Shown here: positions 9,133-18,193 of the stretch, piece after piece
How the letters are laid out: the number at the start of each line of letters is the position of its first letter
How positions within the stretch are numbered: the stretch's first letter is position 1
Source of the DNA: an uncultured Chlamydiae bacterium
GTDB lineage: Bacteria; Chlamydiota; Chlamydiia; Chlamydiales; JAJFMA01
Direction: 5' to 3'
DNA: 64,000 nt
Assembly: GCA_963713615.1 (NCBI GenBank)
Contig: CAVQMM010000001.1
Location: 2,816,001 to 2,880,000, forward strand
Position numbers and translations under genes: made by a program
Notes under the pieces: generated by a model
Databases searched by the model: none
The model's input: the letters and a program-made list of their open reading frames with translations, nothing else
What the model was told of the DNA's origin: nothing

Positions 9133-10458
9133 TCAATGTCGGGAAAAGGTTTCGGTCCATGGCCAGATCCAGCCCCAATTAGCCCCTCGAAAAAATGTTC
9201 CTATCACAATCAGAATTGCCTGGCTCGTCATGAACAATGTCCACAGAAAAATCGCCAAATAACGGCTGCGATGGAACCAGTATCCGGTACCATAAGGATT
9301 ACGATCGAGGTATGGCACAGCCATCAAGCCCACGACGATCAGACCTGGAATACCTACTCCTCCCCAGAAAGCGCTGTAGGAAACCATTTCCTGCAAACCC
9401 AAAAAGTACCAAGGAGCCTTGGAGGGATTCGGTGGTGCTGTAGCGTTCGCTGGTTCCTCTAACGGAGCATCGATAAATGAAAGTCCCAGAGTCAACACCA
9501 ATGTAAAGAGAAAGGCAACTGTCTCAGCTCGCAAAAGATTCGGCCAGGTAAAGATGAAGTTATAGGGCCCCTTGTCAACGGTTGGACACGTCCCACGCAC
9601 TAGCTCCATCAGTCCATAGGTGCGCTTGACCCCTGGAGCGAATGTCTCCTTGGTGTCGGATCGTTGCACCACACGAAGAGGGTCTGGTCGAATCTTATCG
9701 GGTGGACGCGATAGTCCCCCATCCTTGCGGATGCGCCAAAAATGCACGCCAATGAGAGTACCGGCGATCAGGGGCAACACGACGACGTGAAGAACATAAA
9801 AGCGGATCAAAGCGTCTTGTCCTACGCTTGTAGAAGCCAGCAGCATGACGCGGTTAACGTTGTACTGAAAACCAGGCAGATTAGGGGCATAGCCAGCAAT
9901 CTCCGTTCCTACGGTAATAGCCCAGAAGGCCAGTTGGTCCCACGGTAAAAGGTAACCTGTAAAAGACAATACCAAGGTGAGCACGAGCAACGTGACGCCG
10001 ATGACCCAATTGAACCGTCGTTCTCCTTTATAGGAGCCCGTATAAAAGACCCGGGACATGTGAAGCATGACGAACATCACCATCAGGTGAGCGCTCCAAC
10101 GATGCATGTTGCGGTACATCTGTGCAAAAGGGGTGGTGTCCTGCCAATCCTTCATGATGTCGTAGGCACGGTCAACCGTAGGGATGTAGAAAAACATCAA
10201 GACGACACCCGTCCAGGTCAGAATTAAGAACAAACTCGTAGAGATAGCACCCAGCCCTAACGTATAGAAGGGGTCGACACTGTTCTTATGGCACTTCACA
10301 GGGTGAAAGTGCAGGAAAAAATTCTTAAAGACGATTTCGGACCGATCGACATCATTGTTGGGATAGTTATGCCGAAAAATTGAACGCAAAAAGGTTCTAG
10401 GAAGATTGGCTAAGTATTCAGCCCAGGATTCACGTGGTGTGCCCTTAAAGACAGCCAT
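9133..10458 (-). CDS. petB: Cytochrome b of a Rieske/cytochrome b complex (b6-like N-domain fused to subunit-IV-like C-domain)
   Basis: RNMHRWSAH...LHMSRVF, FTGYLLPWDQLAFWA, RFYVLHVVVLP...VHFWRIRKDGG; C-terminal PPNPSKAPWYFLGLQE. Confidence 0.92.
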   Translation of the reverse strand: MAVFKGTPRESWAEYLANLPRTFLRSIFRHNYPNNDVDRSEIVFKNFFLHFHPVKCHKNSVDPFYTLGLGAISTSLFLILTWTGVVLMFFYIPTVDRAYDIMKDWQDTTPFAQMYRNMHRWSAHLMVMFVMLHMSRVFYTGSYKGERRFNWVIGVTLLVLTLVLSFTGYLLPWDQLAFWAITVGTEIAGYAPNLPGFQYNVNRVMLLASTSVGQDALIRFYVLHVVVLPLIAGTLIGVHFWRIRKDGGLSRPPDKIRPDPLRVVQRSDTKETFAPGVKRTYGLMELVRGTCPTVDKGPYNFIFTWPNLLRAETVAFLFTLVLTLGLSFIDAPLEEPANATAPPNPSKAPWYFLGLQEMVSYSAFWGGVGIPGLIVVGLMAVPYLDRNPYGTGYWFHRSRYLAIFLWTLFMTSQAILIVIGTFFRGANWGWIWPWTETFSRH

Positions 10459-10488
10459 AGTTAAAAAGTTACTCCCATCGCATTGTGG

Positions 10489-10998
10489 TTAGACCATCGG
10501 CGCAAACCACGCTTCGATGTCATTTAATGTTGTTTGTGACTTATCACACATAATTTCGCCCGAAGCTCCCAGAAAGCACTTAAAGTAAACTAAAGGGCGC
10601 GGAGCCGGGCCTCCAGTGTTATGCCCTAATAGGTCATAGGTAGAACCGTGGCAGGGACATTGATAGCCTGTCTCTACCATATGTACCGTGCATCCTAAAT
10701 GTGTACATACCGCCGTTTGAACACGCACTTTGCCATTTTCCGAATCTACAAAGACCTTCTGCTTGGGCACAAAAACTTTTCCTTGGTGAGCGAGAACTTC
10801 ATCTGGCCGTCCCAAAGAAAAAATGCTCGGAGGAATCTTCATCGCATTAGGCCAGAGAAAACCCAGCATTGAGGCACCCATCAGATTCAGGGCTCCGAAG
10901 CCTACCCCAACGCCTAATAGAGCTAAAAAAGAGCGCCGAGAAATGCGAGGATCCCTGTCATCTGCATCAACATTTAAAGAGTTCCGTAGCTTAGGCAT
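10489..10998 (-). CDS. Rieske [2Fe-2S] subunit of the bc complex
   Basis: Tat motif SRRSFL followed by TM; CTHLGC and CPCHGSTY boxes; GPAPRPL. Confidence 0.93.
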   Translation of the reverse strand: MPKLRNSLNVDADDRDPRISRRSFLALLGVGVGFGALNLMGASMLGFLWPNAMKIPPSIFSLGRPDEVLAHQGKVFVPKQKVFVDSENGKVRVQTAVCTHLGCTVHMVETGYQCPCHGSTYDLLGHNTGGPAPRPLVYFKCFLGASGEIMCDKSQTTLNDIEAWFAPMV

Positions 10999-11083
10999 GT
11001 AAAAATCCGTTTTTTATAAATGATATATGCGTAAAGCTCTTTCTTGACAATACACTCGTAGAGCCTAGGATTCGGATTAACAC

Positions 11084-11475
11084 GGATTTAGGATGGGATT
11101 AGGAGTAACACGGATGCACACGGATCTAGGAGGATTTAGGATGGGATTAGGAGTAACACGGATGCACACGGATCTAGGAGGATTTAGGAGGATAGGATTA
11201 GGATTTAGGATAGGACTAATGGTGGATTTTAAAGAAGTAAAAATGGGGTCTAGGAAAACTCCTAAACAATTTTTTACTCTTAATTCTATCCTCCTAAATC
11301 CTCCTAGATCCGTGTGCATCCGTGTTACTCCTAATCCTATCCTCCTAGATCCGTGTGCATCCGTGTTACTCCTAATCCTATCCTCCTAGATCCGTGTGCA
11401 TCCGTGTTACTCCTAATCCCATCCTAAATCCTCCTAGATCCGTGTGCATCCGTGTTACTCCTAGTCCCATCCTAA
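11084..11475. repeat. Intergenic array of REP-like units forming a large imperfect palindrome
   Basis: Two tandem 48-bp units GGATTTAGGATGGGATTAGGAGTAACACGGATGCACACGGATCTAGGA (11084-11179), an AT-rich spacer, then four inverted copies of the core TCCTAGATCCGTGTGCATCCGTGTTACTCCTA. Confidence 0.9.
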
Positions 11476-11619
11476 TCGTCCTTATCCTCGCTCTCATCGC
11501 GGAACATCTGGTATTTGACATCTTCCACATCATCAAACTGCCCTTTGTACCAATAGTAGAGGAAGATCAGGAGGGCCGATAGACCTGCAGCTAAACTCAG
11601 CACCAGGTCTACAAACATC

Positions 11620-13452
11620 TCAACCTATCCACCTAAAGCTATAGTTCATCGCATCCATCGTTACTGCTTGGGTTGGGCACTTTTCAGCACACAATCCACA
11701 GCGAATGCACAAGTCCTCATCTTTCATCATGATGGTACCCATGAGGGCTAGGTCATGCTCCGACATTTCCACTGAATCCACTCCGTAGAAGTTATCCACA
11801 GCACGGCGCACATTGCCCTCTCCAGCATCCAAGTTTACTTTGCTGACAGGCACCTGCATTAAGCAATTGGTAGGGCATACATCAACACATCCATTACATT
11901 TGATGCAGAGCGTCCCATCGAAAACCGGAGAGACATGACACTGCAAACAGCGGTTGGCCTGCTGATGCACAGCTTCGTCGGTATAGTTGTTCTCAACATA
12001 CTCCAGGTTCTTAACACGACTGTGCGCCGGCTGCGAGGTAGGCAATGCCCACTTGGTCCTCAGATATCCCTTGTCACGCATAGGAATAATTTCTGTAAAT
12101 TCAGCCACGAACTCACGATAGGGTTTTGTGCCACGTAGATCGCTGTCTATCGTCCTGGCAGTTTCTTGACCATGCCTGATAGCCGTGATAAACAACGCCG
12201 GACCGAATCCCACATCGCCGCCCGAATAGACTCTTGGAACACTCGTACGCCCAGTGCCTCTCTCTGTTTTGATGAGACCTCGGTCAATCACTAGCTGGTC
12301 ACGCTTATCCCAGCCGTCGAGGAAGGCGGTATCCATTGCCTGACCAATGGCCAGCGCTACCGTGTCACAAGGAATCACATACTGGCTGTCTGGAACATAC
12401 TTAGGGGCAAAACGTCCCTGAGAATCAAACAGGCTGTAGATAGGCTGTACCTTAAGCCCAATCACTCTGCCCTGTTCATCGCGCTCAACAGAAATTGGCC
12501 CGACACGGTTGATCAGCTCCACACCTTCTTCATGCCCATCTTCGATTTCGAATTCATCAGCTGTTTGTTCATCGCGGGATTCCAAGCAGACCATGGTGAT
12601 CTTTTCCGCACCATTTCGTACTGAGGAGCGCGCCACATCAAAAGCCACGTTGCCCCCACCAACAACGACGATGCGCTTACCAATAGCCCAGCGCTCATCA
12701 GCGCATAACACTCGCAAATACTCAACACCACGAATAATATCGGGACCATCAGCTCCCGGGATGGGCAGCTCGCGAGATTTCCATAGGCCAATGCCTATGA
12801 AAATGGCATCATATTTTTCCTGAAGCTGGTTCATTGTGATGTCGCGACCAATCTTAGTATTGTAGTACACCTGAGCACCCAGATGTTCGATCGCACGACA
12901 TTCAGTAATGGCTAATTTATTCTTTAGACGATAGGTGGGCACGCCATGGGTCAACATACCGCCAGGCATAGACATCATCTCAAAGACATCCACAGCATAG
13001 CCCAAGCGTAGCAAGTCGTGAGCTGTTGTCAGTGAGGCTACTCCAGCACCAATACAAGCAACTTTCAGTCCATTTGGTGTAGGCTTGGTAGAACCGCGGG
13101 CAAAGCTAAACTCCAAGGATCGATTGAGGGCCGCCTGATCTTCTCCAAACCATTCATCAAGATAACGCTTTTGAGCACGAATGGTGAGCGTCTTATCCAC
13201 ACGATCACGACGACAGGCTATTTCGCAGGGAGCTCCACAGATCATGCCACAGATCGATGCAAAAGGATTCGGACCACGGGCTATTTTGTAGCCTTCTAGA
13301 AGATTGCCCGCATGAATCGCCAGCATATAGCCACGTCCATCCGTATTCACTGGACAACCATCACGGCAGTCAATCTGACGCAAGTAGTAATCGACATCTG
13401 GAATGGTAACGTCGTACAGTTGGCGGTAGGCGTCGTCAAGCTCTTCGGTCAC
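11620..13452 (-). CDS. GltD/NfnB/DsrL-like FAD- and NAD(P)-binding oxidoreductase with C-terminal 2x[4Fe-4S] domain
   Basis: CRDGCP and CGMICGAPCEIAC N-terminal clusters; IGAGVAS (FAD) and VGGGNVA (NAD(P)) Rossmann motifs; RCLQC; CIKCNGCVDVCP and CIRCGLCAEKCP. Confidence 0.88.
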   Translation of the reverse strand: MTEELDDAYRQLYDVTIPDVDYYLRQIDCRDGCPVNTDGRGYMLAIHAGNLLEGYKIARGPNPFASICGMICGAPCEIACRRDRVDKTLTIRAQKRYLDEWFGEDQAALNRSLEFSFARGSTKPTPNGLKVACIGAGVASLTTAHDLLRLGYAVDVFEMMSMPGGMLTHGVPTYRLKNKLAITECRAIEHLGAQVYYNTKIGRDITMNQLQEKYDAIFIGIGLWKSRELPIPGADGPDIIRGVEYLRVLCADERWAIGKRIVVVGGGNVAFDVARSSVRNGAEKITMVCLESRDEQTADEFEIEDGHEEGVELINRVGPISVERDEQGRVIGLKVQPIYSLFDSQGRFAPKYVPDSQYVIPCDTVALAIGQAMDTAFLDGWDKRDQLVIDRGLIKTERGTGRTSVPRVYSGGDVGFGPALFITAIRHGQETARTIDSDLRGTKPYREFVAEFTEIIPMRDKGYLRTKWALPTSQPAHSRVKNLEYVENNYTDEAVHQQANRCLQCHVSPVFDGTLCIKCNGCVDVCPTNCLMQVPVSKVNLDAGEGNVRRAVDNFYGVDSVEMSEHDLALMGTIMMKDEDLCIRCGLCAEKCPTQAVTMDAMNYSFRWIG

Positions 13453-13744
13453 AATTTGCTCCTTAGTAGCGCGTACTGTAGCAAACCAAACCTATTTTTG
13501 ACGAAATCTTTACTTGCATGCGACAGAGACCACAATCGATCGCAAACCTGGAAGTTGGACATTTTTTGGCTCAGTGCGATATAAAGACCTCTTACCAAAA
13601 ACAACCATTCATTACCTCGCCAACAAAAAATAACCTTGCATATTTATTCATCAATAATGTAAGCTTATTACGGAATAATAAAAATCTAACTTATTAACAG
13701 TTGTTATAACCAGTTAAAAACAACAAAAAAACAAGGCTTATAAA

Positions 13745-14791
13745 ATGGAAAACTTTAAACCCTCTCTGGGCGCGCTTGATTTACTTCTAACAGTAAACAA
13801 GTATGTTCAAACAAAGACTCTAGATAAATTAATCGAGACGCAAAGCAATTCACAAAAAAAAACAACACTGGAATGCTTAAAGATACTTACATCAGAAGAA
13901 ACTCTTAAAAACAAAAAAGGTATTTTAGACAAAAAAGAATACATCCAATCCGTCATACACCTCTTGAACGCACATTTAGAAAATTCAGCAGCTATCGTAG
14001 GGCAACAAACGCTTATTACTACCACAACAACACAACAAACCCAACATAATAATAATAATAATAACATCGCAAATTCATTACAAAATAACATAGAAAACAC
14101 AAAAACACCAACAAAACTAAATACAATTGAAAAAGAAATTTTTGACCACATTACAATTACATGCAAATACCAACCGGCAATAGATCACATTGCATTTAAG
14201 CGAATTTTAATTAAATACACAGAAGATGAAATACTAAAAGCAATAAATAGTCTATCGGAAAATAAACTAGCAAGTGCAATTGATCTAGAAATGTTAAAAT
14301 TTACGGCAAAAGACTATTTTGAACGAAAACCTAAAATATCCCAAGCCTTCGAAGCGTTTGCAAGAGGCACAATGCCAACCATTAACTACATATTGGAAAA
14401 GCAATACCAGAACATAGGCAGTAAAAGAATTGATTATTGTGAAACCGATTCTTGGAAAGAGGAACTGAGGGCCCAAGGACAAAACGTGGAAGCTAACATC
14501 TTTGAGCGTCTAGTTGGTGATGTTATCACGCACATCGAATCCGAAAGATGCCGCTATCGTAAGAACCCAGGCAATTTCACAAGAACGGATTTTCGCCCCT
14601 CCCAATTAAGGATGCAAGTCGGTCTTCTACAGGCCTGCAGAGTCCAGGATAGAGAATCCCTAGAATTGCTAAAGGAGTCCTCATTCCTTGGTGCTCAGTT
14701 TAACGTTCTCGCTAACAAGATCCTAAACAGATCTGATATTTCCGAAGAAAGTCGCCATGTGTTGATCGAAGTAATGAACAGTCAACGCTAA
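13745..14791 (+). CDS. AT-rich hypothetical protein with Thr/Gln/Asn low-complexity tract (effector candidate)
   Basis: 348 aa ORF, markedly AT-rich 5' half; TTTTTQQTQHNNNNNN tract; no recognised motif. Confidence 0.6.
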   Translation: MENFKPSLGALDLLLTVNKYVQTKTLDKLIETQSNSQKKTTLECLKILTSEETLKNKKGILDKKEYIQSVIHLLNAHLENSAAIVGQQTLITTTTTQQTQHNNNNNNIANSLQNNIENTKTPTKLNTIEKEIFDHITITCKYQPAIDHIAFKRILIKYTEDEILKAINSLSENKLASAIDLEMLKFTAKDYFERKPKISQAFEAFARGTMPTINYILEKQYQNIGSKRIDYCETDSWKEELRAQGQNVEANIFERLVGDVITHIESERCRYRKNPGNFTRTDFRPSQLRMQVGLLQACRVQDRESLELLKESSFLGAQFNVLANKILNRSDISEESRHVLIEVMNSQR

Positions 14792-15082
14792 GTAAAGGAC
14801 CAAGCGACGAAAGTCTTTTCATTTAAAATGCTCGCAAACCCTCTTGACAAACAACCCTATTGACGGTATAGTTATTAAATAATTCACACACATTTAATAT
14901 AAAGAAATGAGTTCTTTTAACATCAACAGACAAGGACGTTCATTGGAACCCAATTTCAACGAACTCTTTAATAGATACGATGATGGGAATATAGTACAAA
15001 ACCCAAAAAATCCTATGCCAATTCTCCACTGAGGGATATTCTGTAAAATCCATCAGTACTTCAAAAGGCATTGTGAGGCAAT

Positions 15083-15679
15083 ATGCGCGAAACGGTAAAT
15101 CTTTTGCATGAAATCGGTCAGCTATCTAAAACACCACGCACAGGGTTCGTTTTTTTGGGTACTGGTCAGCAGTCTGTAGCCGATCATAGTTATAGTGTAG
15201 CCATGATCTGCTTCATCCTGGCCGATCTTTGCGACGAAGAAATCAACAGGGAGCGTCTGTTGCTATTAGCTCTCTGTCATGACTTGGTTGAGGCACGCAC
15301 CGGCGACCTCAACTACGTCTATCAGCGCTACATGAAGTCTGACGACGATAAAGCAATGGCGGACCTAGCTCAGGATGTTACCTGTGGCGATGAGATCGTT
15401 GAGTACATTCGAGAATTCGATAACGCAGACTCTATTGAATCCAAACTTGCCCATGACGCTGATCAGATAGAGATGCTTCTGACTTTGAAACGAGAATCCG
15501 ACACCGGTAACCCACGCGCTATGGTATGGTACGATATTGTGATTCAGCGCGTCAAAACACCTATAGGAAAGAAGCTGGCGGAAGAAATTCGCCATACGCC
15601 CTCCGATGAGTGGTGGATTGCCGACCGCACGGACAGTCACTGGGTCCATGGCAACAAACACAAGAAGCCGCATGTTTAA
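15083..15679 (+). CDS. HD-domain phosphohydrolase (YfbR/HDDC2-like)
   Basis: LSKTPRTGF, SVADHS, ALCHDLVEARTGD, HDADQIE motifs. Confidence 0.85.
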   Translation: MRETVNLLHEIGQLSKTPRTGFVFLGTGQQSVADHSYSVAMICFILADLCDEEINRERLLLLALCHDLVEARTGDLNYVYQRYMKSDDDKAMADLAQDVTCGDEIVEYIREFDNADSIESKLAHDADQIEMLLTLKRESDTGNPRAMVWYDIVIQRVKTPIGKKLAEEIRHTPSDEWWIADRTDSHWVHGNKHKKPHV

Positions 15680-15815
15680 TTGTCGACCGCGAAGCGATGA
15701 TTAACGCATCGACCTAAGCCCTCAAAGGCAGCGCTTCGCGCCGAGATACGATTGTGAATCAAGAAAAAGATGTGTGTAACACTATGCATGGAATGACTGC
15801 GCCACAGATCTTGCA

Positions 15816-16103
15816 TCACCAATAGGCGATTTGAAAGCCTTCAAAATGATGTAACGGCTGACTATAAGTCGATTCAATGCGATCGATGTGAGCAAAGCCT
15901 GGTTCAGACTTCAGCCGCTCCAGCAGCTCTTCGAGCTGTTCTGCTGTTCCCTGCGCAATCAGTTCCACAGTGCTATCTTCACAGTTGCGGACCTTGCCAA
16001 CTAATCCTAGATTTCGAGCATGTGTTTGTATCGTCGCTCTAAATGCCACTCCCTGAACACGACCACGCACTATAGCATGTAACTCAATCGTGTCCTCCTT
16101 CAC
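15816..16103 (-). CDS. acyP: Acylphosphatase
   Basis: VRGRVQGVAFR...GLVGKVRN...VE signature. Confidence 0.9.
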   Translation of the reverse strand: MKEDTIELHAIVRGRVQGVAFRATIQTHARNLGLVGKVRNCEDSTVELIAQGTAEQLEELLERLKSEPGFAHIDRIESTYSQPLHHFEGFQIAYW

Positions 16104-17143
16104 GCTCCGACAGCCTCTTCCTTTAGATCCCCATCCATTTCAAGAGGAAATTCCATGATCAGAGTACGTGCCTCTTCAATGCTCTGTACACGACTCATTC
16201 TATGTCTAAATTCTCGCGTCCCCTTGGAGCTTTTAATGTACCAACACCCCACACGTCGCATACTCACCAAAGCCCTCTCTGGGGCTTCATAGTCGATCTG
16301 ATGATAGAAGTGTTCCAGAAGTGCCTGACGGTAGTCCTCCACGCCACGCTCTGGCACAGCTTCCCCCATACCAGCGGTGACGATATCTTGAGCTATCCAT
16401 GGCTGTCCCATCGTCCCTCGAGAGGCTAGGATGGCATCACATCCAGTATGCTTAAACATGCGTAGTCCTGCCTCGGCACCGAAAACATCGCCATTACCGA
16501 AAACCATGATCTCTTTGGCAACGTCTTTGCAAGCTTTGATGTGATCCCAATTCGCTGCACCTTTATAGGCTTGCTCGCGTGTTCTTCCATGGATAGCGAT
16601 GGCCTTAGCACCAGCTGCTTCAGCAATGCGCGTTATCGTCGCCGCATTGATATTATTGTCATCCCACCCAGAACGAATCTTGACCGTCACCGGTATATTC
16701 ACAGCAGCCACCATATTAGCGATGACCTCGCCAATGCGTTCTGGGGTACGCAGCATGCCCGACCCGCTGCCATCTTTCGTAACCTTATCCACAGGACAGC
16801 CGCAGTTGAGGTCGATGATGTCAAAACCCAAATCTTCAAGAATCCTGGCAGCCTGCCCAGCAAACTGGGGTTTACTACCACACAACTGTGCCCCGATAGG
16901 GTGCATACTGCTTTCATAATCGAGCAGATGGAATGTGTTTGGCTCTCCACGTATCAAAGGCTCGAGCTTAACCATCTCGCAGTACATCAGGCCAGGACGA
17001 TATTTCGCAGCCATACGACGGAAGGGCAAGTCGGAACAACCCGCCAAAGGCGAAAAAATGACTCGGTTAGGGAGGACTAACTGTCCAATCTGAAGAGGAG
17101 CTTGCGGTTGATGTGTCACAGAAATAATCTCGCTACGATCCAC
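16100..17143 (-). CDS. dusB: tRNA-dihydrouridine synthase
   Basis: SPLAGCSDLPFR, IDLNCGCPV, PVTVKIRSGW, IHGRT, GNGDV motifs. Confidence 0.9.
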   Translation of the reverse strand: MDRSEIISVTHQPQAPLQIGQLVLPNRVIFSPLAGCSDLPFRRMAAKYRPGLMYCEMVKLEPLIRGEPNTFHLLDYESSMHPIGAQLCGSKPQFAGQAARILEDLGFDIIDLNCGCPVDKVTKDGSGSGMLRTPERIGEVIANMVAAVNIPVTVKIRSGWDDNNINAATITRIAEAAGAKAIAIHGRTREQAYKGAANWDHIKACKDVAKEIMVFGNGDVFGAEAGLRMFKHTGCDAILASRGTMGQPWIAQDIVTAGMGEAVPERGVEDYRQALLEHFYHQIDYEAPERALVSMRRVGCWYIKSSKGTREFRHRMSRVQSIEEARTLIMEFPLEMDGDLKEEAVGA

Positions 17144-17376
17144 TTCACCACACCTTCAATGAGCCCAAGACTCATAAACGCAAAAATGGGACTAATGTCT
17201 AACATACCTAAAGGCGGTATAATACGACGAAATAGGTTCAAGTAAGGATCTGTGTAAAAAGCGACGAATTGCATAATGCGATAATTCGCCAACTCAGGAG
17301 CCCACGACACCATGATGCGTGCAAAAAGCATCAGAGCATAGATAAGAAACAAGCGGTCTATAACTTCTATAACCAT
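17116..17376 (-). CDS. yggT: YggT family membrane protein
   Basis: RIMVSW...TDPYLNLFRRIIPPLGMLDISP motif. Confidence 0.9.
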   Translation of the reverse strand: MVIEVIDRLFLIYALMLFARIMVSWAPELANYRIMQFVAFYTDPYLNLFRRIIPPLGMLDISPIFAFMSLGLIEGVVKWIVARLFL

Positions 17377-17565
17377 ACTAGTAGCGTCTAATGACTTATA
17401 CCACGCGTGGTATACGGTTGATATATCTTACTTCCAGCTGCTTAGATTACCTGATATTCGATTTTTTGTCTGTCACAATATTGGTTCTTGTGAGGAATTG
17501 GGGGCTTTGGAATCCTAGTCGACTGCATCGCCAATATCCGAAAGTAACGCTAAAAAGGCTTCTTC

Positions 17566-17926
17566 AATTTTCACCGTCGAGGCGCCGAGATAGGAGAGAG
17601 AGGATTAGGAGAGAATGTGCCGTTTGTGTGTCCTTGGACAAAATGCTAACCCCTCAAGAGGTCCTTGGGCAGCGTTTTTGCCCAAGAACACACAAACGGC
17701 ACAGGTACTCAATCTAACTTTTTTGAGGACCTGTTCAGTTACTACCGACTCTGGACAAAGTCCTGTCTAAGGGCACTACAGAATCGTATTCCTGCGGGAA
17801 CCCTTAGACTGGATTTTGTCCAGAGTTGGTAGTAACTGAACATTCTCTCCTCTCTTTCCTATCTCGGCGGTGAAAATCCTAAAAAAGTCCCACGAACTTC
17901 TACGCGCTTCGGCGGTGAAGATTCCT
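17566..17926. repeat. Composite multi-hairpin palindromic element, copy 1
   Basis: Outer inverted repeat (CACCGTCGAGGCGCCGAGATAGG.../...CCTATCTCGGCGGTG) enclosing nested hairpins; closely similar to 54986-55331. Confidence 0.85.
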
Positions 17927-18193
17927 AATTCTTAGCTTAGCGTATATATGCCCCTGCCCGATGCACCCAATTCCACTCCCTCCTCTCCTTCCTTTGTTAC
18001 GAATTTGTACCCCACTAACGCCTTGTTATTTGGAAGTCCCAACAGACTACTTTGAGGTCATGGTCTATAAATCGACTTTTGCATTTACCTCAAATGTGCC
18101 AAAAGCTTGATAAATGTAGCACTAATGGTGTATACCACAATAGGTCATAAAGGGCTGTTTTACGTAGGCGATCACCCAAGAGAACACTTGCAC

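Noticed and set aside
11084..11475. Possible CRISPR array
   Set aside because: Units are contiguous with no unique spacers, occur in both orientations, and no cas genes are in the window.
11077..11582. ORFs 11077-11319, 11093-11389 and 11394-11582
   Set aside because: They are translations of the repeat array, with no independent coding evidence.
11620..13452. Glutamate synthase small subunit (gltD) or sulfur-oxidation dsrL
   Set aside because: No gltB or dsr genes in the window, and the extra ferredoxin tail does not fit GltD; only the family-level call is kept.
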